DNA of 64,000 nt from contig OX597816.1 in NCBI GenBank assembly GCA_951406725.2, forward strand, positions 46,376,001-46,440,000, read 5' to 3'. Below are positions 51,921 through 64,000 of this stretch, piece by piece. This DNA comes from Octopus vulgaris (Eukaryota). The notes under the pieces were generated by a model. It ran no database searches, had not been told where the DNA came from, and saw only the letters and a program-made list of their open reading frames with translations. The translations under genes and the position numbers were made by a program. Position 1 is the stretch's first letter. Each line of letters opens with the position of its first letter.

Positions 51921-52115
51921 TCTTTTACTTGTTTCAGTCATTTGACTGTGGCCATGCTGGAGCACCGCCTTTAGTCGAGCAAATCGACCCCAGGACTTAT
52001 TCTTTGTAAGCTAGTACTTATTCCATCGGTCTCTTTTGCCGAACCGCTACGTTACGGGGACGTAAACACACCAACATCGGTTGTCAAGCGATTTGGGGGG
52101 ACAAACACAGACACA

Positions 52116-52175
<60 letters not shown>

Positions 52176-52303
52176 CGACGGGCTTCTTTCAGTTTTCGTC
52201 TAACAAATCCACTCACAAGGCTTTGGTCGGCCCGAGGCTATAGTAGAAGAAACATGAACCCGGAATCATGTGGTTGGTAAGCAAACTACTTACCACACAG
52301 CCA
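51918..52303 (-). mobile_element. SINE family A (internal deletion)
   Basis: Family motifs are present; the CORE-like block is missing. Confidence 0.88.
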
Positions 52304-52574
52304 TATATATATTTATAAGCTTTGGTCATTATTATAGACCAGGACATGCCTAACTTACTACCATCACATGAAGTCTTTTAAGTAATATTTAGGGACATCG
52401 TAGGTCTCCCGAGTTGGGACCCGTTAGCCGAAATGCATCCGAGCGTCGGTGTTCGCCTGGAGTTTCTTGGTGGAATTATCTAGTGCTTGTATTTAATCAG
52501 CAAAATATGACCATCTCCAAGTATAACAATAACTAGGACTCACTTTCTATTTCTTCATATTCATACACAGGCGA

Positions 52575-53160
52575 AGGCAGCGAGCTGGCTGAATCGCTAA
52601 CATTCCGGACGTAATGCTTAGCTGCATTTCGTCCGTCTTTATGTTCTGAGTTCAAATGTCACCTAGTTTGACTTTTTCTCTTTTTACTTGTTTCAGTCAT
52701 TTTGACTGCGGCCATGCTGGAGCACCGCCTTTAATCGAGCAACTCGACCCCGGGACTTATTCTTTGTAAGCCCAGTACTTATTCTATCGGTCTCCTTTGC
52801 CGAACCGCTAAGTGACGGGGACATAAACACACCAGCATCGGTTGTCAAGCAATGCTAGGGGGACAAACACAGACACACAAACATACACGCACATACATAT
52901 ATATACATATATACGACGGGCTTCTTTCAGTTTCCGTCTACCAAATCCACTCACAAGGCTTTGGTGGGCCCAAGGCTATAGTAGAAGACACTTGCCCAAG
53001 GTGCCACGCAGTGGGACTGAACCCGGAACCATGTGGTTGGTAAACAAGCTACTTACCACACAGCCCCTCCGATTAAATAAGTAGCCGTGGGGCACTGGGG
53101 ACGATGTAATCGACTCACCCCACCTCACCTAAATCACTGTCCTTGTGACAAAGTTTAAAA
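52575..53160. mobile_element. SINE A (52676-53070, minus) nested in an old family-B copy (plus)
   Basis: The B copy stops at ...TTTGACTTT and resumes GATTAAATAAGTA...CACTGGGGACGATGTAATCGAC. Confidence 0.85.
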
Positions 53161-54456
53161 GCAACGTTAGCGTCCTGTCAATGGAGATCTCAGCCCACAC
53201 AGTATCAAGATATGGTATAATATATGTAACCTACGTAGCAGATACAAACTGAACAACCAAAGTATCTTATGGAAAGTGTCCCTCTGGTGTTTTGAGATGA
53301 ATCTGAGAAGATTTAAGCCGGGATTTGGTTGCTATTTCTAGCTGGTTGAGTGATCTCCAATATCAATTCGCCACCACCACTTTCTCATAAATAGTTACCT
53401 GGCTATGAACTTATCTTCGCTACTTGCTGACTCTGAATTTTTTCCCCTCAAGCTTTTGTTTACGATTTCCGATAACTGGTCAATAGTTGACATTGATCTC
53501 TTGGAATACAATATTACAAAAAAAGAAAAAAAAACTAAAACAAAAAGTGTTATAAAAGAAACAAACAACATTTATAATAAAGATTTTGATTGTCTCGATC
53601 AAAGTACTTGATGGGTATTTTATTTTATTTTATTTTATTTTATTCTATCGAACTCCGATGGATGAAAGGCAAAGTTGATCCCAGTAGGAAGTAAAGAAGC
53701 GTAACAAATAGCGTGAGGAACAATAATAATAACAAATTAACTCACGTGAAGAATAAAATAAATCAAAAGTAAGAACAACAACAATGATTTGAAATGTGTA
53801 TGAATGTATGTATGTGTGTGTGTACTGAGTATGTATATGTGTATATATATGTGTGTGTATTGTGTATGTAAAAAGAAACAAAAATATAGAATGAAAAAAC
53901 AAAAACAAAAACAAGAGTAAGAGAGGAATAAAGGAAGTGCGGGAGGAAGAGGTGGAAGAGAGAGAAATAGAGAAAGAAAGATCAGAGATAAAGGGGTGGG
54001 AGGAGGAGAGGGAAGGCTAAATGTCTTTGTAAGTATTTATTTAGTAAGCACGGCGCAAGTATGAATAGTGATGAATTTAGATGAACGGACAATTGCATAG
54101 CGTATATGTTACCTTTCCTAGTGCAAATATCCTTCAGGTGTTTCATTCACATGTTGGTATCATACACAGCCTGATCATTTTATTCTAAGTACTTCGTTCG
54201 AACTGCTGTCCGTGTCTGTGTTTGTATTTGATAGTAAACAAACACGGACAAAGTATGAACTGTTACCGTCTGTAGTGATTTTTAGATGAGAGCAGACGGT
54301 AGGGTTTAACTTACAGTTTATTGCCGATTATGTTACAGGTCATTCGTACAATAAAGGATTCTAGTCTCTCTACTTGCTTGTGCGTGCGTATGTATGTATG
54401 TATGTATGTATGTATGTATGTATGTATGTATGTATGTATGTATGTATGTATGTATG

Positions 54457-55409
54457 TTACTTGTTTCAGTCATTTGACTGTGGCCATGCTGGAGCACCGC
54501 CTTTAGTCGAGCAAATCGACCCCGGGACTTATTCTTTGTAAGCCCAGTACTTATTCTATCGGTCTCTTTTGCCAAACCGCTAAGTGACGGGGACGTAAAC
54601 ACACCAGCATCGGTTGTCAAGCAATGCTAGGGGGACAAACACAGACACACAAACACACACACACACACACACATACATACATATATACGACAGGCTTCTT
54701 TCAGTTTCCGTCTACCAAATCCACTCACAAGGCATTGGTCGGCCCGGGGCTATAGCAGAAGACACTTGCCCAAGATGCCACGCAGTGGGACTGAACCCGG
54801 AACCATGTGGTTGGTTAGCAAGCTACTTACCACACAGCCACTCCTGCGCCTATATGTTACTCTTTTACTTGTTTCAGTCATTTGACTGTGGCCATGCTGG
54901 AGCACAGCCTTTAGTCGAGCAAATCGACCCCAGGACTTATTCCTTGTAAGCCTAGTACTTATTCTATCGGTCTCTTTTGCCGAACCGCTAGTTTACGGAG
55001 ACGTAAACACGCCAGCATCGGTTGTCAAGTGATGTTGGGGGCCAAACACTGACACACAAACATATATACACACACATACATATATGTATATATATTCATA
55101 TATACGACGGGCTTCTTTCAGTTTCCTATTTTTTTACTACCCACAAGGGGCGAAACAGAGGACAAACAAGGACAGACAAACGGATTGAGTCGATTATATC
55201 GATCCCAGTGCGTAACTGGTACTTATTTAATCGACCCCGAAAGGATGAAAGGCAAAGTCGAGTTTCCGTCTACCAAATCCACTCACAAGGGTTTGGTCGG
55301 CCCGAGGCTATAGTAGAAGACACTTGCCCAAGGTGCTACGCAGTGGGACTGAACCCGGAACCATGTGGTTGGTAAGCAAGCTACTTACCACACAGCCACT
55401 CCTGCGCCT
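54457..55409 (-). mobile_element. Two tandem SINE-A copies; the second contains a family-B fragment (~55126-55260)
   Basis: A copies at 54457-54851 and 54857-55409. The B fragment is bracketed by repeated AGTTTC. Confidence 0.9.
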
Positions 55410-55974
55410 ATGTTATGTATGTATGTATGTACGCATGTGTGTGTGTGTGGATGTATTTTTTTGTGTACATGTGTGCTTACTATTTGTACGTATATGAAAT
55501 AGCCGGCCTTTCATTATTATTTCTCGTCACATCACCGCCCTTACCACCATCACCACCACTATACACTTCCTGTCTTTCTAGCCAACGGGAGAACTTCTAC
55601 AAGGTTCACTTAGCGGCAAGGAACGGCAACTCATTCAGTACGAAAAAAAAAAAAACAATTGACGGGGTGGGGAGATGGTGATCGTGGTGGTGGTGGTGGG
55701 GATTGTTAGCGCTTGAACGCCTTCTAGTGTGCTTTTTCATGGCTGCTGTAAGACTAAACAATAACAACAACAACATCGAAAACAAAAGCAACAACGGCAA
55801 CAACACTGACAATAGCAGCAAAAACTTTGTACATCAACAGCAACGCAACAACAACAATGGCAACAGAAACGACAACAACAGCAACAAAAACAACGTTAGT
55901 GACAACAACAAGACAGTCAAAATAACAACAACGACCATCACTTTTTCTAACTATATCAGGAAGTTACGCTTTTG

Positions 55975-56375
55975 CTCTTTCACTAGTTTCAGTCATTTGA
56001 CTGTGGCCATGCTGGAGCACAGCTTTTAGTCGAGCAAATCGACCGCAAGACTTATTCTTTGTAAGCTTATTCCGTCGGTCTCTTTTGCCGAACCACTAAG
56101 TTACGGGGACGTAAACACAAGAGCATCGGTTGTCAAGCGATGTGGGGGGGGGGTGACAAACACAGGCACACAAAGATATACACACACATACATACATATA
56201 TATGCATATATACGACGGGCTTCTTTCAGTTTTCTGTCTACCAAATCCACTCACAAGGCTTTGGTGGGCCCGAGGCTATAGTAGAAGACACTTGTCCAAG
56301 GTGCCACACAGTGGGACTGATCCCGGAACCATGTGGTTCGTAAGCAAGATACTTACCACGCAGCCACTCCTGCCC
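55975..56375 (-). mobile_element. SINE family A
   Basis: Family-A tail, body and head motifs. Confidence 0.88.
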
Positions 56376-56679
56376 CCCCCCCCCCATGGACTGCTTTGAT
56401 AGCCGTTTTACTCTGTTGGATTCCCCATAACCATTCGGTGTATAAAAACTATATACTTCTTTCAAAATTCCTATTTTGCTTTCACCCATCCACTTGTGTA
56501 GGTTTGCTATAGAACTCTTTGAGAGAACATGGTTCAGTGGTCGGAAACATATTGGACTGTGTAAAACGTGCTGACAATAAATACATCAAAAGCAAAAGTT
56601 ATTCATGGACCCCTAAAATACTACTGTAAATCCTCAATTTGCTATTTTGCTTGCTTGGACCCCCATGTTAGAAATTGTT

Positions 56680-56978
56680 TGTTCCTACTCGAGCCACGCC
56701 TTGCTCATAGGGCCGATTTCCCGGTTTCCTTGGCGTATAGGTTCCCCACCTGGACGGGAAGCCGGTCCGTCGCAGATGAGTTGCAAGATGCAGGAGGAAA
56801 AAGTGAGAGAAAGTTGTGGCCGAAAGAGTCAGCAGAGGTTAGTCATTAACTTTTGCAGGAGCCGCGTGGAGCTTAGCTGTCTCGCTCATAAACACACACA
56901 TCGCCCGGTCTGAGATTCGAACCCACGATCCCTCGACCGCTGGCCTGCTGCTCTAACCACTAGGCCATATGCCTCCAC
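56680..56978 (-). mobile_element. Diverged SINE family C (tail type 2-like)
   Basis: CTCTAACCACTAGGCCATATGCCTCCAC head; CCCGGTTTCCTTGGCGTA tail. Confidence 0.75.
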
Positions 56979-57046
56979 ATGTTAGAAATGGTCTTGGCAT
57001 ATTTGAGCATTAAAAAAAAAACAAGAAAAATAGATAATCTAAAATA

Positions 57047-57510
57047 TTCTTTTCTACTCTAGGCACAAGGCCCGAAATTTTGGGGGAGAGGTCCAGTCGA
57101 TTAGATCGAACCCATTACGCAATTGGTACTTAATTTATCGACTCCTAAAGGATGAAAGGCTAAGTCGACCTCGGCAGGATTTGAACTCAGAGCGTAAAGA
57201 CAGACGAAATACCAATCTCTTTACTGCCCTCAAGGGGCTACACACAGAGGGGACAAACAAGGACAGACAAACGAATTATGTCGATTATATCGACCCCAGT
57301 GCGTAACTGGTACTTATTTAATCGACCCCGAAAGAATGAAAGGCAAAATCGACCTCGGCGGAATTTGAACTGCTAAATTAATTCTTTTTATGATTTAAAC
57401 ATGTTAGGGAAGACTAAGATTTCTGGAACCAACATAAATGATATTGATTGTAAATGAAATCACTAAGCATTTCGCCCGGCGTGCTAACGTTTCTGCCAGC
57501 TCGCCGCCTT
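57047..57510 (-). mobile_element. Family-B SINE dimer with an 89-bp captured local segment
   Basis: 57368-57456 matches 59851-59939. Confidence 0.9.
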
Positions 57511-57523
57511 CGAACATAAAATA

Positions 57524-58190
57524 TTAGTTGTTACAGATAACTTTTTCTAATCTTTGCGAAAAAAAAAAATGATGGGGGTGGGTAGCGATGGATTTTGTGC
57601 CTAGGAGACATAGCTCATTCACAAAATGTTCTGTAGGTTTAGAGGCGGAGGAATTCCTGAGTAAAATTTTTGCATTATTCCTTTCGAAAGACAAGAGTGG
57701 AAGCTCTGGAGAGATAAGAACGGCTGCGGGGTCTAATTGCGGAAAATGGAAGTCGTGCATGAGATTATACCGAAACATTCGAGTTGCAGGATGGTAAGTG
57801 AAAAGAGAGATAAATCGGAACTCCAGAAGGGTGCCTACGTGATGTGAGTGGAGCAGTGTGGTTGATGGAATAAACTTGGAGGGGGGCGACGTCCGCGATG
57901 AGCCGAAGAGCATCTGAGCGAGAGGCGAAAATGAGTTACTTACTTCGGCTTGGAACCGAAGTCGGCATCTTTGCTGCAGAGGTAACGAAGTCAAAGGAAC
58001 TGTAAGAAATGGATGGTAGATTTGGTGTGAGTAGGGCGCAAGAAAAGAAAATCGAAGTAGGAATGAGAGAATAGGTTTATATTTAATTAGCATAGAAGGA
58101 TAAATAGTGGAAATAGATAGAAATATGTTTAAGTTAATAGAAGTATTAGTGATGGTGGAAGTGACTTTCACTGTGAAGAAGAAATTATTG
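57524..58190 (-). pseudogene. Possible degraded CR1/L2-like LINE fragment
   Basis: The 215-aa ORF has VSNSFSPL (LINE ORF1-like), TYHP (YRPP-like) and MHDFHFPQLD (GDFNFPxID-like). All matches are weak. Confidence 0.35.
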
Positions 58191-58233
58191 CCATTGTTTG
58201 GCGGTGCTAGCTCCTTTCACCTTCTCAATTACT

Positions 58234-58629
58234 TATTTCTTTACTACCCACAAGGGGCTAAACACAGAGAGGACAGACAAACGGATTAAGTCAATTATAT
58301 CGACCCTAGTACGTAACTGGTACTTAATTTATCGACCCCGAAAGGATGAAAGGCAAAGGCGGAATTTGAACTCAGAACGTAGCCGCAGACGAAATACCTA
58401 TTTCTTTACTACCCACAAGGGGCTAAACACAGAGAGGACAAACAAGGACAGACAAATGGATTAAGTCGATTATATCGACCCCAGTGCGTAACTGGTACTT
58501 AATTTATCGGCCCCGAAAGGATGAAATGCAAAGTCGACCTCGGCGGAATTTGAACTCAGAACGTAACGGCAGACGAAATACAGCTACGCATTTCGCCCGG
58601 CGTGCTAACGTTTCTGCCGGCTCGCCGCT
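58234..58629 (-). mobile_element. Young family-B SINE dimer
   Basis: Junction GACGAAATACC|TATTTCTTT at ~58398. Confidence 0.9.
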
Positions 58630-60043
58630 TAATTGCTTTCGTCTCCATTCAACTCGCACACCTGATTTCTGACCAACTTCCACAACTCCCACTTGTTCAT
58701 CTATCTCCCCCATCATTCCTTTAACTCCAGATTCTTTTTCATTTACCTACCTCCTGTTCAACCAACTCTCAACTTTTATTTATCTTCCTTTCCTGGCTCT
58801 GTTACTTAGATCTAGGTGGACGTGGACGTTGAACGTTAATTGTCTTGCTAACAAACACACATATGAGCTGTAGTGGTGGTAGGATATAGATTACAGCCCC
58901 TTTCGGCTGGTTGTCTCATCATCACATCCGACAGACAGAGCAACTGCGTTCTCATACAGTATAGTTTCATGATAAATATCTACTTTATATAGTTACAGGC
59001 AACAGATTAAACTCAAATCTCCACAAGCTCTAATATGGTTTGCTGTTCTCTTATCTCTCCTTTTATAGAACGCATGCATGTTTTAGTCGAACAGCTGAAT
59101 AATGTCTGTAAAGCGTGACTATCTCATAAAATAAATTCTCTATATGTCTTGTATGCTAATATATATTTGCATTGAATCAACAAATATATAAGTTTAACCT
59201 ATTTTCTTTATCCGCTTGGTTTCCAGTCAGATTGTGTCAGCTTCACCATATGCTTAATGCACTCAGCCCATATATGTATATAAACGAAAGATCAGCCAAA
59301 ATACTATCTTTAGTATATATACTAAAGATAATATATACCTATATATATCTATTATCTACGAATAAATGTTTGTGTCAAATCAACGTCAAAGGGGTGGGCA
59401 ATCACTAGCAGCGTCGCAAGGGTTCCCAGCACCCGGGAGCAAAGACAATTTTAGGCACCAGGGAGCAAAGACAATTTTAGGCACCCGGTTAACGCATGAT
59501 AAGCAAGAGGAAATTTTTCACCCCTTCACATGTGCACCCGGGAGTGACTGCCCTACTACATATACTTCTTGCTATACCTCAAGCAACTGCTCGCCTACAC
59601 GCAGGTAAAATTTTGCCTGCATGATGATTTGAAACCGCACTTTTATAATGTCTAGGAAAAAGATGGTTTAATCTTTCAGATAAAAATGGCAATCAAATAA
59701 AAGCTGAATATCTTGGAATTAAATTACTTGTAAAGATTCTTTATTTTCTCTGCATAGATGTGCCCCCCAAAATCTTTATATACTTGCGCCTTGCCCTTGA
59801 TTCTAAAACAGTTCCTCAAGCTTACAAGTCATTATATAAAGAATTTTTTTAACTGCTAAATTAATTCTTTTTATGATTTAAACATGTTAGGGAAGACTAA
59901 GATTTCTGGAACCAACATAAATGATGTTGATTGTAAATGTTTGGTAAAAAAATGTCACGCTGACTTATGTGGAATTGATCCGTATGTTACATCAGTAATT
60001 AATTGATAGTTATACTCTGATTGTTTTTGGTAACATATTTATT

Positions 60044-60074
<31 letters not shown>

Positions 60075-60148
60075 ATCATTGTCATCATCATTATTTTTAC
60101 GTCCGCTTTCTCGTGACGGCACGGACGGAATGGGATTATATGTGTGAG

Positions 60149-60208
<60 letters not shown>

Positions 60209-60275
60209 TCTGTATCAGTGTTTGTATCTGTCATCGCCATTGCTTGGCAACCGGTGTTAGTTTATATATATACAT

Positions 60276-60441
60276 AGGCGCAGGAGTGGCTGTGTGGTAA
60301 GTAGCTTGCTTACCAACCATATGATTCCGGGTTCAGTCCCACTGCGTGTCACCTCGGGCAAGTGACTTCTACTATAGCCTCGGGCCGACCAAAGCATTGT
60401 GAGTGGATCTGGTAGAAGGAAACTGAAAGAAGCCCGTCGTA

Positions 60442-60500
<59 letters not shown>

Positions 60501-60692
60501 TTGTGTGTCTGTGTTTCTCCCCCCAACCTCGCTTGACAACCGATGCTGGTGTGTTTACTTAGCGGTTCGGCAAAGAGACCGATAGAATAAGTACTAGGCT
60601 TACAAAAGAATAAGTCCTGGGGTCGATTTGCTCGGCTGAAGGCGGTGCTCCAGCATGGCCGCAGTCAAATGACTGAGACAGGTAAAAGAGAA
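60276..60692 (+). mobile_element. SINE family A, full length
   Basis: GGCGCAGGAGTGGCTGTGTGG head to GTAAAAGAG tail. Confidence 0.92.
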
Positions 60693-61367
60693 GCGTGGCT
60701 GTGTGGTAAGAAATTTGCTTCCCAACTATATGCTTCCGGCTTATACATATATCACTAATCTCTGATATCAGTTAATGCGTCAATCGGTTTTTCTTAGAAT
60801 TCATTTCAATGAAAAATATATTCATTGTTTAGAATACCAATACAGAGTTTCAGTCACTAAATTTCGTGTGACCTCCTTGATTATAGCGCATGTCCACGGG
60901 GCATCTATCGTGCTAAGCAACATAGGTGTTTGTTAATAACTCAGTGTCTTGTCTACTGTCTACTGTGCAACAGTATACTTCACTATTGTATTCATATTCA
61001 TCGTAAGTTGCATCTATCGATTAAATAACTTGTCTTTAATCATTGACAATGTAAAGCGCCATTGATGAGAAATAACGCATCCGCTCAGACAGCTGCAACT
61101 CTGCGCATGATCACACTTGCGTGTGGTGCACACTCATATCACATGTGTGTGTGTGTGTGCTAATAAAAATTATCCTAAGGAGCCAATAATCTGAATTTGG
61201 ATAATTAAGTTAAGAATATATTTGCTTAATGCTATACACGATGATTTTTTTTTAGTTTAGTAAAATTTCCTTGTATCAGAGACAGAAATCAAAATCTAAC
61301 AGTAATTCTTAACGATTCTAAAAAAGAGGAGATAGCTTCAGAAAATTTTTTAATAAATACGAATATA

Positions 61368-61767
61368 AGGCGCAGGAGTGGCTGTTTGGTAAGTAGCTTG
61401 CTAACCAACCACATGGTTCCGGGTTCAGTCCCACTGCGTGGCATCTTGGGCACGTGTCTTCTGCTATAGCCCCGGCCCGACCAATGCCTTGTGAGTGGAT
61501 TTGGTAGACGGAAACTGAAAGAAGCCTGTCGTATATATGTATATATATGTATAAGTGTGTGAATATGTTTGTGTGTCTGTGTTTGTTCCCCTAGCATTGC
61601 TTGACAACCGATACTGGTGTGTTTACGTCCCCGTCACTTAGCGGTTCGGCAAAAGAGACCGATAGAATAAGTACTGGGCTTACAAAGAATAAGTCCCGGG
61701 GTCGATTTGCTCGACTAAAGGCGGTGCTCCAGCATGGCCGCAGTCAAATGACTGAAACAAGTAAAAA
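61368..61767 (+). mobile_element. SINE family A, full length
   Basis: GGCGCAGGAGTGGCTG head to GAAACAAGTAAAA tail. Confidence 0.92.
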
Positions 61768-62017
61768 TAGTTAAAAAAAAAAAAAGAGTCTCGAATTGAT
61801 TTACATGGTGGGTAAAAGAAAAGAGTAATCTGGCCTTTGTTTCGAAGTAGGGAACAAATATGAACACGTTTTTCAGTATAATTTATAATCTCGTCTGATT
61901 AGTACAGTCCTATCAAACTTGGAGAGAAATTTCAATGAATTGAAATTTATTGTGTACGTCATTCAACACACCCCACTTATAAATGCGCGCATGGACACGC
62001 ACGCACACGCACACACA

Positions 62018-62067
<50 letters not shown>

Positions 62068-62881
62068 CCAGTGATAATATTAATTTTTGTATGTAATACG
62101 TGGGCGTGACCAGGATTTCGACCAAGGGCTCTCGATTATGAAAATTGATCCATATAATTGAGCCACGTAATCTGCGAAAAATGTAAAATTAAATGAAATG
62201 GTAAATGATAATTATATTTGATTAGAACTGCGAGAGGAGAAGCTTCGTCCGAACTTGTCGACTCACCATTCTGACTGCGTATTGTATAATTGTATTCTGA
62301 GAAGCCTCAATTTTCAAAATATTTTAACTGGTATGGCTATGAGTGAATACCATTAATTACATGTTGGGTTCTGCTAACCAGGAAACACCTAATCCAGTTT
62401 AGGAATACCACAGTCAATACTGTCGAAGGCCTTGTTGAAATTATTGGATAATCTGTGTCCAAACGCTTAGATTAATCTGTGTGAACGCTTTCACAAAATA
62501 CAGATCACGTTGTCTAAGAAATGATGAAGTTGTATTACACAACTTCATCATGCTAGAATGACATACTAGTTCGGACTTTAAAGATGCAGTTGTCTTTTAA
62601 GAATTAGGATCTCGCGGAGAGAATACAAATCCTTAATTCATACTCTATACAGTATCAGGGAGTATAAAAATCTGATACTTTCCTTCACAACGTTGCTACA
62701 AAGTAGGTGGCCGGTCAAAATTTGCTGTATATATATGCATATATATATTCTTTTATACGTTTATATGTTTCAGCCTTGAGGCTGCGGCCATACTATATAT
62801 ATATATATATACATATATATATGTATGTATATATATTTATATATATATATGTATATATACATATACATATATATATGTATG

Positions 62882-62916
<35 letters not shown>

Positions 62917-62952
62917 ATGCATATATGTATATATGCATATGTATATATATGT

Positions 62953-63013
<61 letters not shown>

Positions 63014-63023
<10 letters not shown>

Positions 63024-63186
63024 TATTAGAGACAAAACCACTATTTTGCAAAACAAACAAGGAAAGACTTAATCAATACATAAAATTTTAATAAATAGTC
63101 AATATTTATTAAAATTTTATGTATTGATTAAGTCTTTCCTTGTTTGTTTTGCAAAATAGTGGTTTTGTCTCTAATAATATTTTATA
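63014..63186. repeat. Perfect AT-rich inverted repeat (84-bp arms, 5-nt loop) in (TA)n
   Basis: 63014-63097 is the reverse complement of 63103-63186; loop GTCAA. Confidence 0.9.
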
Positions 63187-63267
63187 ATATTTTACTATAA
63201 AATTGGATTTAATCCTAAATCTGATTTTTTCCCTGTAAATTTGGATTTATTCCCTAATATTTATTAT

Positions 63268-63301
<34 letters not shown>

Positions 63302-63917
63302 TGTATGTATATACATACATATGTATATACATATATGTATGTATATGTATATATATGCATATATATATATGTATATATGAATGTATATGTATGTATGTAT
63401 GTATATGTATGTATGTACGCACACATACGTACATATATATGCACACACACACACACACACACACGCACGCTTACACACACACACACATACACACGCGCGC
63501 GCACGTCACCTGAGAAAATTTTTGCCGACACGTGTAAGATTATTGATCCAATAATCTACATTGACCCGAATTTCACCCAAAATGACTAACTCCAATCCCG
63601 TCACACCCACACCTCTTAACGAAAGCTGATTTCGTTTCCCCAAACATAATAAGTGACTTTATTACCACTAGGACGGCGGAGTGGATTGGCTTAAGCATTA
63701 GAGCGTCGAACAAAATGCTCCGCAGCATCTTTTCTAGTTCTTCATGTTCTAAGTTCAAATTTCGCTGAGGTCAACTTTTCCTTTTCCTTTACTTCCTAAC
63801 CACATGGTTCCGGGTTCGGTCCCAATGTACCTTCCAACGCAATTATCTTCTACTATAGCCGCGGACCGATCAAAGCCCTGTGAGTGGATTTGATTGACGG
63901 AAATTGAAAGAAGCTCA

Positions 63918-63968
<51 letters not shown>

Positions 63969-64000
63969 TGTGTGTGTTTGTGTGTGTGTGTGTGTGTGCG

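Noticed and set aside
59405-59580. GC-richer patch with a 27-bp direct repeat (GGGAGCAAAGACAATTTTAGGCACC x2), hAT-MITE-like
   Set aside because: TIRs and TSD cannot be defined.
62100-62175. Minus-strand tRNA-Met-like trace (TTCATAA, GGTCGAAATCC)
   Set aside because: Stems are too degenerate; at most a decayed pseudogene or SINE head.

Overview
AT-rich, microsatellite-dense eukaryotic DNA with no recognisable intact protein-coding gene. The repeat content looks like a coleoid cephalopod (Octopus-like) intron or intergenic region, which is an inference. Nearly all ORFs in the supplied track come from (TA)n/(CA)n tracts or SINEs. The window holds dozens of tRNA-derived SINE copies from three main families (called A, B and C here). 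It also holds relics of RTE, R4/Dong-like, HERO-like and CR1-like LINEs, mariner, pogo and Tc1-type transposase relics, a non-autonomous Helitron and a solo LTR. Five signals stand out. (1) A 339-bp tandem repeat carries a complete type I hammerhead ribozyme, making it a candidate non-LTR retrozyme/circRNA (10786-11316). (2) Five minimal, dimer-type hammerhead motifs sit in Penelope-like terminal repeats. (3) A GGATC-ended MITE family with 8-bp TSDs and internal telomere-like repeats occurs as one monomer and two long foldback forms. (4) Three 56-89 bp local templated duplications are all tied to young family-B SINE copies. (5) Family-B SINEs form concatemers with recurrent junctions. Coordinates of degraded elements are approximate and family names were assigned by eye.
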